64,000 nt of DNA from Eremomyces bilateralis CBS 781.70 (Eukaryota). The stretch lies in assembly GCA_010015585.1 (NCBI GenBank), contig ML975152.1. One strand, written 5' to 3'. Below the pieces are notes generated by a model. That model searched no databases and had not been told where the DNA came from. It saw only the letters and a list, made by a program, of their open reading frames with translations. How positions within the stretch are numbered: position 1 is the first letter of the stretch; every line of letters starts with the position of its first letter. Positions 38,461 to 50,342 of this stretch are shown here, piece by piece. Made by a program: the position numbers and the translations under genes.

Positions 38461-38884
38461 GTTGTGAAGGTCTCGCGGGAATGCTGAGTCCGAATCGGGT
38501 GAGTATGAGGGGGGATAGAGAATCGTACGATCGATCGTCGGTCTAGTTTTCTGCAGATGTTGTTGCAGAGCGTTGTCTGATAGCTCTTCTTCCCGCTGAC
38601 CGAAGTACAGCAATGTCTTGGATTCGACCAGTGTCCAGAGAGCACACCAGATTAAGAACTAGATATTCCTACGGGGGTAGCTGTTGAAAAAGCGCAAGGA
38701 TCAATCAGCAATATAGCAAAGGGGCGGATTTTGCTGTGGCCAAGTGGGCCAACGATGAGGCCAGGCAGCTCTTCAATGTTGATTAGAAACGTCCGAACAG
38801 AAAGCGACCTTCCGGTGCTATGGAGAGAAAGGAATGGTCCAGAAGGAGAGGATGTGGAAAGGTCTGGAGTGACTGATGGCCAGG

Positions 38885-40340
38885 CGAGGGAAGACGAAGC
38901 TGAGACGCGCAGCGTTTCGAGCTCTCCGCGGCAGTCCTTCTGCGGAGAATAAGAGATCCGAGACTGCCGGAATACCAAAATTGTATCCCCGAATTAGACA
39001 GCCGAAAGGGCGAATTAAAACAGGTGTAAGCCCAGTTTAGATCTCGAACAAAACCCTCTGTTAACCGTTCTGGGTAGTGTTGGGGGAGGTACCGATATTG
39101 GTACAGCGGCGGGTATATTGCGAAGGTCGGTAAGGATGCAGTTGGATTTTCTTAGGATCCTTGAAAACGTCTCGAGCCGAGCCTGTCCGGTTTCGAATTG
39201 AAAGCCTGTGGTCCTGAGGCTCTTGAGAGGCGTGTAATGATGTTGATATGGAAACTTTGGTGGGTTGTTGTTTGGTCCGGAAGCGGAAATCGAGGTTTGT
39301 TGATGACTATCACCCGACCAACATATTCCTCTTCAAAAGTATTTTGGCTGTGAACCCGAAATAAATGTTCAACCTTATTTCTTCAGCTGCCAGTCCGGTA
39401 AATTAATAAATGTGAGTCGCTAGGTCTAGTCCGTTTTATTTCGTTGGCTCGGAATGGTGCAGAGAATTGAGACAGCGACAGATATCGTCCAAATAGTCGT
39501 TGGATCCGCGATGAGCAACAGTCAAATCCAAAAGAACAACTCCAGATTCTTTTGCAACGGTCGTACGAATTCAATCCCTCAAATTGATCGTTGCGATGCG
39601 AGTATGCGACCCAAGTTTCGGTTCCTGAAGCCGAAACAAGCAACCCGGCGGCCCGGGATATCAACTTCAAACGAGCTAGTCCACCTCACGACCCCAACCC
39701 AATGGAAATAAAGAGCCCGGGTAGTAGTGAAGCTGAGGCTGAAAAAGATCAGGTGTTTGAAACTTAATGAAAGAAAACCGTCTTTCCGTTTGGTTGCCAG
39801 ACAGGGCGCAAACGTCCGATTTAAACGAGCTCTGACAATGCAGCGGCCGGCAAGGAACAGGTCTAGAAAGGCAGAAAAGAAACTCAAACAAAACCCTAAT
39901 GGCCGCCCAGGGCTGGTCGAGAGCTTTAAGGAGTACAGGGTCGACGCTGGGGTGTTTGAGCGACAATCCGACTGGAATTGTGGCCGGGTATCTGCGATGG
40001 AATGCCGGATTAGGGTGGTGATGAACACCGACTTGCGGATCACGGGGAAAGCCTCGGGGTCGAATTCACGATCGCATGCCAATGGAGGAACCGAAGGCAG
40101 ACCGTTCAAAATAGCGATGGACAGCACCAGCACTGCTGAGTCCAGAAGCAGCAATGATGTAGTGGATGCCCGTGGATAGGGCCGGGACCGGAGATGGTTC
40201 GCGTGCTGGCGGTCGATCTGTGACCCGTTCAGGTTTGAATGCAAAGCACCAGTCTCAGACCGTGTGCGAAACCATCTCGTTCGTAAGACGATGAAGAAAC
40301 GAAGTCGAAAAAATGATGAAGAGAAAAAGAAGGCGGTTGC
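38885..40340 (-). ncRNA. Candidate long structured non-coding RNA or structured 5' leader (hypothesis)
   Basis: No credible ORF. Pyrimidine-rich TSS-like tract near 40290-40340. Nested helices with G-U pairs on the minus strand and two homologous hairpin modules (see findings). Confidence 0.45.
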
Positions 40341-41248
40341 AGGCGACACAAGATGGACTGCATAGAGGGCAAATTGCGAAGAATAACGCCCGCGTTTTAC
40401 CTCGAGATGCGGTCCCTCCATTTCACGTATCCCAGGGATTGGAGATGGCTAGCGACAAGAAGGCTGGTCATATCAGCTTCGGCGTCTCACCAGCGCCAGG
40501 TCTGAGGTCACCACCAGTTTCGCATCTCCAGCTGGTCGCCAACTTGTCATCCGATACTGGTACTGAGTGGAAAGTTGCGAGATGCACTAATATCTCACCG
40601 ATAGGGGGACAATTGGACAAAATGCGCCTGCAGCCAGCATCCGTTCGGAAACGCAGGGAGTTGAAGCGGTTACAAAGGTTCGGGGAGATATCGATTCGCT
40701 GGTCGATCGCGTTTCTGAAACACGGAAGACACGCTGGACGCCACTGCGTCATTTCCTTGGCTCTCTGCCCTGCTGCCCCTCCATCCATTCCCAGCCTCCC
40801 ACGTTGAACGTTTCAGGCTGTTTGCTCTCCATGAATGAGGAATCCTAATTTCCACCCGAATCTGATGGCTAATGGACGATGGTGATGTGTTTTCCACGTG
40901 AAAGCTCCCCTGACACCAGCACGTGATCCATAGCCTTGTGGCCTAAGGCTGCTGCCTCGATCCACTACAGTGTTGAGCGTCCAGGTCAAAAGTCAAGCCA
41001 AACACCACAAGTTCAATCAAGTGTTCAACATTCATTCCCTTTGGTTCCTTCATAAACATATGCTATGCTGGGTACCGGCACTCCGTATGAGTCTCCGGAT
41101 CTTATCAAAAACCCTTGCCATGCCATAGTCATCTTCCGTTGACATCCAGGGGGGGTCCCGCAGTGTCTTTTTCTTAACCACGAATCCATTACTCCTCTCC
41201 ACACAAGCCTCTGCTATTCCCTTCTGCAGTATTAATGCTTCCTCGTTT

Positions 41249-42400
41249 TTAAAACACCCATCTCTTCGCTTTGACTTTCGCGTAATGGACTAATCCCTCC
41301 AACTTCTGCCTTACCTCCGGATCGCCGCGACAATTCGGAGCGTCGAAATCTGTGGTGAACACGCTCACTGCAACGGCGCACTTTTTGATCACGAGCGTCT
41401 CGCCGGGCAAACGACAATCGCCGTTGATGCAGGCGTTAACCCCATCATTGAGATCATCACCATATTTGAATAGCCCCGTCGTCTCGTTATAGACCGCAAT
41501 ATCCACAACCGCGCCGCCAGTGAGTCGCGTCTGCACGTAGTTCGGTTCGGTGCAGGTATCTGTGATCAGGGGAATGTTGACATTCAATCCATATCCGAGT
41601 GGCAGCAGACGGTCTGAATCCTTCCTACGTCGCCAGTGGCCGTGTCCTTTGTCGAAGTTTTCTGCCAACCGGTCGACAATCGCCGTACTCAACTTTGCAT
41701 GCACCACCGCAACGTCCGCGGTGTCGCCGTCAGCCACGTCCGTGTACCCACGGTGGGTGCTGTTCACTGCGGAGAAAGCAATGCTCGGGATGCCGCGCTC
41801 GACGGCCGAATACGCAGCACCAAGAGATCCGGACAGCGTGAAGACGAAGGGTCCTGCGTTTGATCCCACATTGGGACCGGACACCATGAGGTCAGGCAGG
41901 ACGCCGGGGCCGAATGGTTCCTGTCTCGGGAGAACGTAGTCGAGGGCGAAGAACGTGCATGCTGCAGGCGTGCCGTTATAGTACCACATATGAGAGTCGT
42001 TGGGGTCTTGACCGAACTGTTCGAGCGTTAGCGTTGACGCCTCCAGCAAATCCATCTCTCTGGTTATTTGGACTTACAGATGGCGAGCCGGCTGGCACCG
42101 AGTCGAACTCACCAGGCGTAGTGAGGTTGCGCACGTCAGCGAAGACAACCTAATCCGTGTCAGCTACTGTTCAATTCATCTTCACGTCAACCATCCAGCT
42201 AAGTCACTTACAGTGCCGCCTTTAGCCGACTGCTGCACCGCGGGTGCCACGAGCAGGACATTATGACCCGACGCTTTTAATGCTTTGTAGAATTCTCGAA
42301 TGTTGGCTGCCGCCCAGGAATCGTCATTGTTCACCAATATGTTGAGCCCGCAGGCGGACGAGAGGAGCGATGCCCCAGCAACGATAGACGGCAACCGCAT
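41249..42400 (-). CDS. Secreted SurE-family 5'/3'-nucleotidase / acid phosphatase (spliced)
   Basis: Signal peptide, NILVNNDDSW, VAPAVQQSAKGG, NGTPAAC, DLMVSGPNVG, TLSGSLGAA motifs. Confidence 0.9.
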
Positions 42401-44135
42401 GATGTCCAATGATTCCAAGGATAACTAATTGAGCCTCCAAGTAGTCAATTGATCGGCCGTGGGCCCGGCTGGTTATTATTTAAGCTGGGGAAGACCCTCT
42501 CCCGTCTACACTTGTCTTATCCCAGATTCCTTCAGGCAATTTCGGCTTTCGCGGCGCCTTATCAGAACAATGCAACAATCGGATTATCGGACAGATCCGA
42601 CAGTCAATTGAATTTCCCGCCGTCATTCCTGGCTTCTGCGACAGTTGTGTATCATTGGCGCCCGCGGCATAATGTGGTCCCCATACGAGACTGCTCCATA
42701 GATGCTCACTCCGCTTGTACAGACACAGTAGGTGATGATTCCTCCCGCCTATCAGAATAATCGAAATTTCCCTAGGCGACTTGCGATAGCCTGCCCAACC
42801 TCGAAGGCGCTATGATCGGCGTCTACGGAGCGGGAGCACTTGTACGGATTGGGAAGCTGGTGCGGGACGTGATAGGAAGTAGACGCATCATGCAAAGGGT
42901 TACTATGTAATTAAGGAACATAACGATAAACTTGCTAATGCATGGCGGGGATACCGATTACAATCGACAGTAACAATAATATCTCGCAAGGGATATAGAT
43001 GCTAAAAGGGCCCTCGTTCCTCAGGTTGCGACCTTGATGGAATTAGGAATTGGTAAGAATTGACACATGCATGTTGGCTACGCTAGTTAGTAGAAAAGCT
43101 TGGTGAGCTTAGCTTAATTACCTATTGCTAACTAGTTAGTCAACTTGGGTTATGGTAACTATATATCAGCCACCAATTTCTTCTCTTTCTGTCCGATTGC
43201 CATGCTCCATCCCTACTGCTGGCAGAGCGAACTAATTATCGCCTATCATTTCTTTATCGTTGCATGAGACGTCCACATATGGGGCCATCAACTCTATCTT
43301 GCCACGCAGGGCACTAACATTAGGCGAATGGCCGACCAACGCACAATGGATCGTTCGTCGTCCAATTGAGCATGATACGAGAAGAAGCAGCCGTGGAATA
43401 GGTACAGACAACAAAAAAAAACAGTAGATCATGACTGACCGAGGTCTCTGGCGGCCCGAAAACGTGGTCGATATTCCGTTTGCGGGTTGTTGGTGTTGCT
43501 CGCCTCCTCGCATTGTTGAATATGCGTCTCCCTTTTGAGGAAGTGTACTGGTTCCCCGGAATCTAAGCGTACGTCAGTTACGGAATGTTTCGTTTCTGTA
43601 TGGCTCTCTTTCCTTCAGAGGGGAATTTCGGCTTTAACCGGCATATTGATGCTCGTGATCTAAGCTCACGTACTGCTAGATTCTTGTTTGCGTCTCGCCT
43701 TAGTCGGAAGGTATTATGGGATACTCAATATGGGATGAGCGACTTTCGTTTGATCAGCGGAAACGTTAACGATTAATGCTCATCTGACAACAGAAAGTGA
43801 GAAAGCCCAAACTCCTCACTACAGTTCTGAGGTGAGGATAATACTGTTCGATAACGGATGTGCGGGAGATGGTGTATTCTAAACCAAGGTAACTGGATTC
43901 AAGGCAACGAATTGGAGATTTACCAACATCCATAATCGTTTGTGACAAACATGGGGAGTTGAAAAAAGAGCAATGAAACGACACTGTGACCCAATCACCA
44001 CTGACGTGTCCTAGTAGCTACACCCCTTAGGCTGAGTATAAATATCCACAAGATAGGCTAGTTGGAAGGCCTGTAAAAGGTCGTCAAATTCCTGACTATA
44101 ATCATAACGGGAAACAGCTAAAGAAACCGAACACG

Positions 44136-45245
44136 ATGAACAACCAGCAGCACCAAGGTCCCGATGACGAGAGCATATGGTCGCCAAGAAGAGCGCACGC
44201 TTGGTATGAGAACAATCGCGCCCCCAGGCCAGTGAATTTGCAGTCTCACAGGCCGGGACCTGGCTCCTGGAATAGTTACCAGCCTCACAACATCGGTCAG
44301 CGCAATGCGATATGGCGAGGGTCCTCTTTGGTCAATGCCAATTTCAACCGGAATCTCAATTCTGATCAAGGCGCTTTGAATGATTTATGGGTCGGAAGAG
44401 GACGCCTTTGCAATGGGTACGGCCCTCACGATCGGACTCCAGTCTCTGGTCCACACGGACAGCCCACCCCTACTCCAATGGAGTATATCAGCCAAGCTCG
44501 GAGGCGTCCACTAGAGGACCACGTTTTCATGGACGCGTGGGCGACGTCGGAAACGATCGATCAAGCTGTCGGCCAAGGTCCCAGAAGACTGCACGCAGTT
44601 ACTAGAAGACGGTACGGATCCAGCACCACGAGTCCTACCAATGTAGTCTGGATCCACGATTCGCACACTGAGATTCCAGAACCAGCTAGGTCGACTTACT
44701 ACCTGGAATGCACGTTCGGATCCGATTGTCGTATCCTGGAGGACCATGCAAGGGCCGAGTCCTCTAGACCACCCAGCATAGACGGGTTGGTCCCGGATGA
44801 GATGGATGAAGAGCAATACGACCGGCTTGAACTAAGGGGCGGCGGAGGAAGCGTGTTAGAGGAGCATGAATGGCAATGCTGCAAGAAGAGTTGCAGAGGA
44901 CGCAAGAACACGAGCAGCCACACTTCGGGACGCCTGTGCAGATTCTGCGGGAGCAAGAAATGCGAGAATTGCATCGAGAAGCCAGAAATCTGCTTCTTTT
45001 GCAGCCAGAAAGGGGAGGAGATGTCCAATGCCCTTATCGTCTTCCGAAAGAAGTTCTCCAGGCAGTATTGCATGGAGTGCGGAACGAAAGCGTTGCAGTG
45101 CGTCCAATGCGACCAGACAAAAGGGGTCATGGCAGTGAGTGGCGACGCGAAACTTAACGAAGGAGAAGATCGATACTCAATGATCTGTCCTGATTGTGTC
45201 AAGAAACAGAAAGCATTGGCCCAGTTCAAGATGTGCAGAATGTAA
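44136..45245 (+). CDS. Orphan protein with disordered N-terminus and Cys-rich multi-CxxC zinc-binding C-terminus
   Basis: 369-aa intronless ORF with WQCCKKSC..CRFC..CENC..CFFC..CMEC..CVQC..CPDC. TATA-like elements at ~44037 and ~44097. Confidence 0.65.
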   Translation: MNNQQHQGPDDESIWSPRRAHAWYENNRAPRPVNLQSHRPGPGSWNSYQPHNIGQRNAIWRGSSLVNANFNRNLNSDQGALNDLWVGRGRLCNGYGPHDRTPVSGPHGQPTPTPMEYISQARRRPLEDHVFMDAWATSETIDQAVGQGPRRLHAVTRRRYGSSTTSPTNVVWIHDSHTEIPEPARSTYYLECTFGSDCRILEDHARAESSRPPSIDGLVPDEMDEEQYDRLELRGGGGSVLEEHEWQCCKKSCRGRKNTSSHTSGRLCRFCGSKKCENCIEKPEICFFCSQKGEEMSNALIVFRKKFSRQYCMECGTKALQCVQCDQTKGVMAVSGDAKLNEGEDRYSMICPDCVKKQKALAQFKMCRM

Positions 45246-45910
45246 GTTCAAAAGATATTCAACCACCAGAAACTCGGGTAGAGGATTGATCAGCTTCGAC
45301 GACATGTGCTATTGAGTTGCATTGCTGATGGTGAGGACTAGTCCTACCCTGATACATATAGCTAGTTTAAAGAGAATTTAGACAATGAGAGACTTCCGTA
45401 TCTTATCCCAGCCGTTTGAGTGGCTATCTTGGATGGTATTTTGAACCATATACATTGAGTAGCTCAAGCTGTCCGTATCATGATGGGTGGGGATTGTGTC
45501 TACGGACACGATAATGTCAACGCCGACCAAACCGACATATCCCCGTTCCATTGACAGTCTGCATCGATCGGATTAATTGTGACGTATAGAGCCTATTTTC
45601 CTGGAGGATTGTCTATGTATGTACGGAATTGGGTGTTGTCGGTCGAAGTGAACCGAAGCCGGAGGATGTTGCGGGGAGAATATGAACTGTGGGTCCCGGA
45701 CTGGACTTTGTCAGCTCGTGTCGGCGATGTGTCGATGTCAACTCTTCCTGTTCATCAAACCGAGTGCATTGGCTTATCCCATTGACAAACCTGAGTCGAC
45801 ATTATTCGCTATACATTCTTTCGCGAGTGGTGTTGCAATGAAGGCCATCGCTTATGATCGACGATACCACGACCGTATAAACTGTGTACAAGTCAGGTGC
45901 ATTCGTTAAG

Positions 45911-48900
45911 ATGGATCCCCAAAGAACCCATACGGCCGGGACCGCCGGTGACATGGACAGATCAAATGCCAAAGCAAAAGAAACGAAGAAGAAGAGCTTG
46001 GTCAATATGATAAAAACAATATGGGCCAAGCTGGGTCTCGATGCTGCGACGTTGATGCTGATGGCAAAAGGTGGAATCGCTCCAGCGATTGCAGCCGCCA
46101 TGTATCAATCCACAGCCGTTGCAAACGTTTATCAGCTCCTTGGATACCTTATGGCTGTCGTATCTTTGCTCGGATTTGCCATTATGCCACGGGCAAAGTT
46201 CATTCAGACGATGATGTTCAACATCATTAGTATATGTTTCGCGACGGCCGTTTCACTCCTGTGCATTTACTGCGTCACCGAAGCTCGACGACATTCAAAC
46301 TCCCCTGGCTCGGACCCAACGGCATACAATTCGTCTGCAAGTGCAGTTGCCGGTATATGGTTGTTCTTCCAGATCTACTTGGTCAATGCTGTTAAAAGCG
46401 CATATCCCCAATTTACATTTCCAACTATCTTGTACGCCATTTTTACCAATGTGTCTGCAACCTTTTCTCCTCAATTTCCGAACATGACGGCCGGCGTGAC
46501 CTTCGCCACGCGACTGCTCACCACTTTCTTAACGGGGTTCGGTATCGCTACAGGCGTATCCCTCTTTATTGTGCCTAGGAATTGCCGTACAACTGTCTTC
46601 AAAGGGATGGAGGGCTATATCAAGCTCTTGCAAAGCTCGATAAAGGCTCATAACGCATATTTCACCTGCTTGGAAGGGTCCGAGACTCTTACCAATTTGA
46701 TTAGAGTGAAAACAACGACCGGGAAGAAACCGGCCGTCGCGGAAGCAGAGGAAGTTAAAAAGACCTTCTTTGCTCTTGCAGCACTTCATGGCAAATTAAG
46801 CGGCGATCTTAAGTTTGCCAAACGCGAAGTTGCATACGGGAAGCTTGGGCCGCAAGCCATTGGAGAGATCTCGAAGCATTTGAGAGAGATTCTGCTTCCC
46901 ACAATTGGCATCTCCTCTGTGATCGACATCTTCGATCGCCTAGCCGACCATGACTGGAGAAAGATATATTTGCAAGAGGAAGAGGAAGAATCCGAGGAGA
47001 TTATTCGCTCTCGCATTGTGGAGGACTGGACGTCCATAATGACAATCGTCAAGCAGCCCTTCGGTGATATTTCAATTGCACTAGACCAAGGGTTGCAGCA
47101 CATCAGCTATGTCTTACAGTTTTCTAAACCTCCACGAGCGGAAAGAAACGGAGCGACTAAAGGAGGCGAAAGAGATATCGAAGCGGAGGCAGACGTGGTC
47201 AAACCCGGTCACAAAGAGTTTCTCCTGTATCTCGAGCGTCAGGCGGAGGCCTTTGCTCTGTCTAAGGAGTCCATTCTCCGAGCCTGGTGCGAAGACAAAG
47301 GTGTTACGTTATCAGAGGATTTCTTTCGAGATCATTCAAGCGGAAGCTTCTCCGTTCCGGATCATACCGATTTCTCATTGAAAAAGAGGAATCAGCGTCA
47401 GCTATTTGTGCTTCTTTATATGCACTATCTGCTCGGCTGCCAGATGAAAGCCATCCTCGCTCTCGTACGTTACTCTGATAAGAAAAAAGATGAAGGAACG
47501 TTCCTGAAGAAACACTTGATCGTTCCCGGCCACCGGCGTTTTGCTAAATGGATCCGAAGTATCGGGAAACTAGATGACGGCGTGGTGGACCACGAGAGCG
47601 ACGACCTCCCGGATCTAGGAGGTACCAACACACAAGTGCACCTCGGACAAGCTTATAATGCACGAAAAGACCCGGAACATCTACCTGCTCAAGGCTGGAT
47701 CGAAAAGATTGGCGACGGGCTTCGAAAAATCCCACGTTTTTTTCGTTCCCAAGCCTCAGCATTTGGCTTCCGTGCTGCGTGTGCGACAATGTCAATCGGA
47801 ATCATGGCCTATCTAAATCAGACTCAACGATTCTTCAATCAACATAGGTTGGTCTGGGCAATGATTATGACGGCGATCAGTATGAGCCCGACCACAGGCC
47901 GGAGCTTCAATAGCTTCGCGCTACGCATTCTCGGGACCCTGATTGCCACGGTTGTGGCATTCCTGATCTATTATATCCCCAACGGGAAGACCCCGGGCGT
48001 CATAGTCTTCCTATGGTTTTTCGTTTCTCTGGGTCATTACATTCCTATCAAGGCCCCAGCCTTTACCATCGCAGGTATGATCTCCATGGTCACCATAACA
48101 ATGATCACCGCGTATGAACTAGAAGCGAATAAAATCGGAGAAATCGCAGTTGCCAGCAACGGGCAGTTGTACTATCCCCTTTACCTTCTCGCTCCATATC
48201 GGCTGGCCATCGTTACTGCCGGCCTTGCGGTCGCTTTCCTCTGGACCATCATCCCGTACCCTATATCCGAACATTCCGAGCTCCGGAAGAGCCTTGGTGG
48301 TTGTCTTTACCTCCTTGCCAACTACTATTCCATTGTTCATGAAACAGTGCATGCGAGGATTCGTGGCGACGAAGGAGACCTCGACGACAAGTATGGCCCA
48401 GGACGGAGAATGCAAAAGGTACGGAACAAGATCTACTCGAAGCAGATCCTGATTCTGGATGGGTTGCGCACGTATTCGAGTTTCCTCAAGTGGGAGATAC
48501 CCATTGGAGGACGTTTCCCCAAGAAGCAGTACGATCGTATCATCGACTACGCCCAGCATATCTTCAACTACATGTCTCTTATTAGCTACGCCAGCCAGAC
48601 GTACAGTGACCTGAGCACGGATTCAGCTACTCAATGGTTCAGCGATTTCAGAGCCGTGATCGGGGAGCTGAAGCCAACATCTCAGGCCATTACATCTCTG
48701 CTCTCCCTACTCTCGGCAAGCATATTGAACGGACAACCGCTACCACCATACCTAATGGCTCCGCAACCGTACGTACTGTCCCGCAGACTCGAGGAACTGG
48801 ACAAAGACATTCTCAGTCTCCGGCATATTGGGGACCCAGGTTATGCGGCTTTCGCAGTGATTCAAATATCCGCGAGGTGCATCAGCTCGGATCTGGACAA

Positions 48901-49095
48901 GCTTCTTCGGTACGTCAATCGGAACTTCTCAATTCATTTCTACATAGCTAACAGGCGTTTTCTAGCGCAACCAAGGAACTCGTTGGGGAATTGGATTTCA
49001 CTTTCCACACCGTCAAAACCCATGAAGGCAGCCCGACGTCTTCTTCTTCTTCCCTTTTCGAGGACTACAGTGGGAAGCGAGGGAAGAATGATTAG
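45911..49095 (+). CDS. Integral membrane ArAE_2/FUSC-like (ER 6TM) transporter-family protein, 1 intron near the 3' end
   Basis: Two hydrophobic blocks, PRAKFIQ, DPEHLPA, FGFRAACA, EIPIGGRFPK. The spliced terminal exon reads ATKELVGELDF..KND*. Confidence 0.85.
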
Positions 49096-49625
49096 AGCAC
49101 CAGTATGGCGGATAAAATTACTAAACGAGCATATGATCTTTTCAAGGCTGGCACGTGCAAGTCGTCCTATGGTGAATTATGGTAGTGGATACAATCACAT
49201 CTTGATGTTTTGAGACGCCCTGGCGAGTAAGTGAAGTCGCTCACTACATTTGTACCTAGGCCATGTTCATCTTCCCACTATCACAAGGTTCGACACTCTG
49301 GATTTCCCGCATTTGAAACTCGCTTAGAAGTGAACGTAAGTATAATATCCCGGTATCCTCCACCTACTCCCTGCGATGGACGACTTCAAATGACATATTT
49401 GGGATATGTAACTCTGCATTATTTTGCGGATTTGTTATGTACTCTCTTGACCAGAATTCCGCTTCCGATGCGCTTGTTTGTCAATTTAGGCACAGCAATG
49501 ACTGACTCACTATCAGGGCCACGTGCTTCACGATCAAACCAGCCATAACAGAACCGGCAACTGCATATACGTACTTTACTACTCAAGTATGTAGCCTACA
49601 CTGGTTCCTCGCGAGCTTCAGCAAG

Positions 49626-50342
49626 TTGACCAGTATATGCAGGACAAGAGCTCGCAGCCACATGTCGGGTCACGCATACAACCCCATCGGTAGACTGGGC
49701 TCACGGTTCTCTGGTTCCTATGGAAGTTCGAGCTTCTCCAGTCCAAAATCATCTCAGTCTGCTTCCGAGAGCGCTCAGCTGTACCGAGCTTCGGTTCCTC
49801 CGTCCGCGAAACATAGCACCGATAGATCTCTTGGTCTCGATGCTCCTGGTGGAGTCGGCTACTGGACCACGATGACGGCACGGCAATCCAGTGACGGCGG
49901 AGCAGATGCGAATACGAAAGATGCTGGGAGAGGAATAGAATGCCATTCCGGCACAACTGCAGTCGGTGGAGGAACTGAGGAGGACTATATATTCGTGGAC
50001 CCAGGGGAGGTGTTAGTGATGGCGTCGTCCCAGGACCGGCACGCTGAGGAACCGGAACGAAAGTCTGACATATCAACGAATAGTACGGAAGACGAGAAGC
50101 TCATCCTACGTATGGCTAATTTCTCGCACCATCCGCCTCCTAAATCCCGTTGGGCCACCCCGCCACCCCCCAGCAAAGGCAACGTCTACGGGGTTCAGGC
50201 CGAGCCAGTTCTGAGAAAGTCCGATCCAGCCAACCCGCTCATCGATTGCTGGATCTGCTGCAAATGCGTGTACGACAATGGAGGACAGGAGTGGCCGTGC
50301 GAGAAGTGCCACCATGTACGGTGCAAAGTGTGTTTCTTTTGA
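49626..50342 (+). CDS. Orphan Ser-rich protein with C-terminal double zinc ribbon
   Basis: The ORF ends WICCKC-x9-CEKCHHVRCKVC. The start codon is uncertain (ATG at ~49662 is plausible). Confidence 0.55.
   Translation: MTSICRTRARSHMSGHAYNPIGRLGSRFSGSYGSSSFSSPKSSQSASESAQLYRASVPPSAKHSTDRSLGLDAPGGVGYWTTMTARQSSDGGADANTKDAGRGIECHSGTTAVGGGTEEDYIFVDPGEVLVMASSQDRHAEEPERKSDISTNSTEDEKLILRMANFSHHPPPKSRWATPPPPSKGNVYGVQAEPVLRKSDPANPLIDCWICCKCVYDNGGQEWPCEKCHHVRCKVCFF

Noticed and set aside
39892..39899. AACCCTAA as a telomerase RNA template
   Set aside because: It is only 8 nt and lies on the plus strand, while the pairing evidence favours the minus strand. I could not identify a convincing pseudoknot or P6.1. 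A cmscan search is needed to exclude it fully.
39579..40421. 280-aa minus-strand ORF (and 150-aa plus ORF 39727-40179)
   Set aside because: Low-complexity F/S/R composition derived from a pyrimidine tract, with no recognisable motif.
48909..49213. C-terminal extension of the 1109-aa ORF
   Set aside because: It reads through an intron (GTACGT...CTAAC...TAG). The spliced gene stops at 49095.
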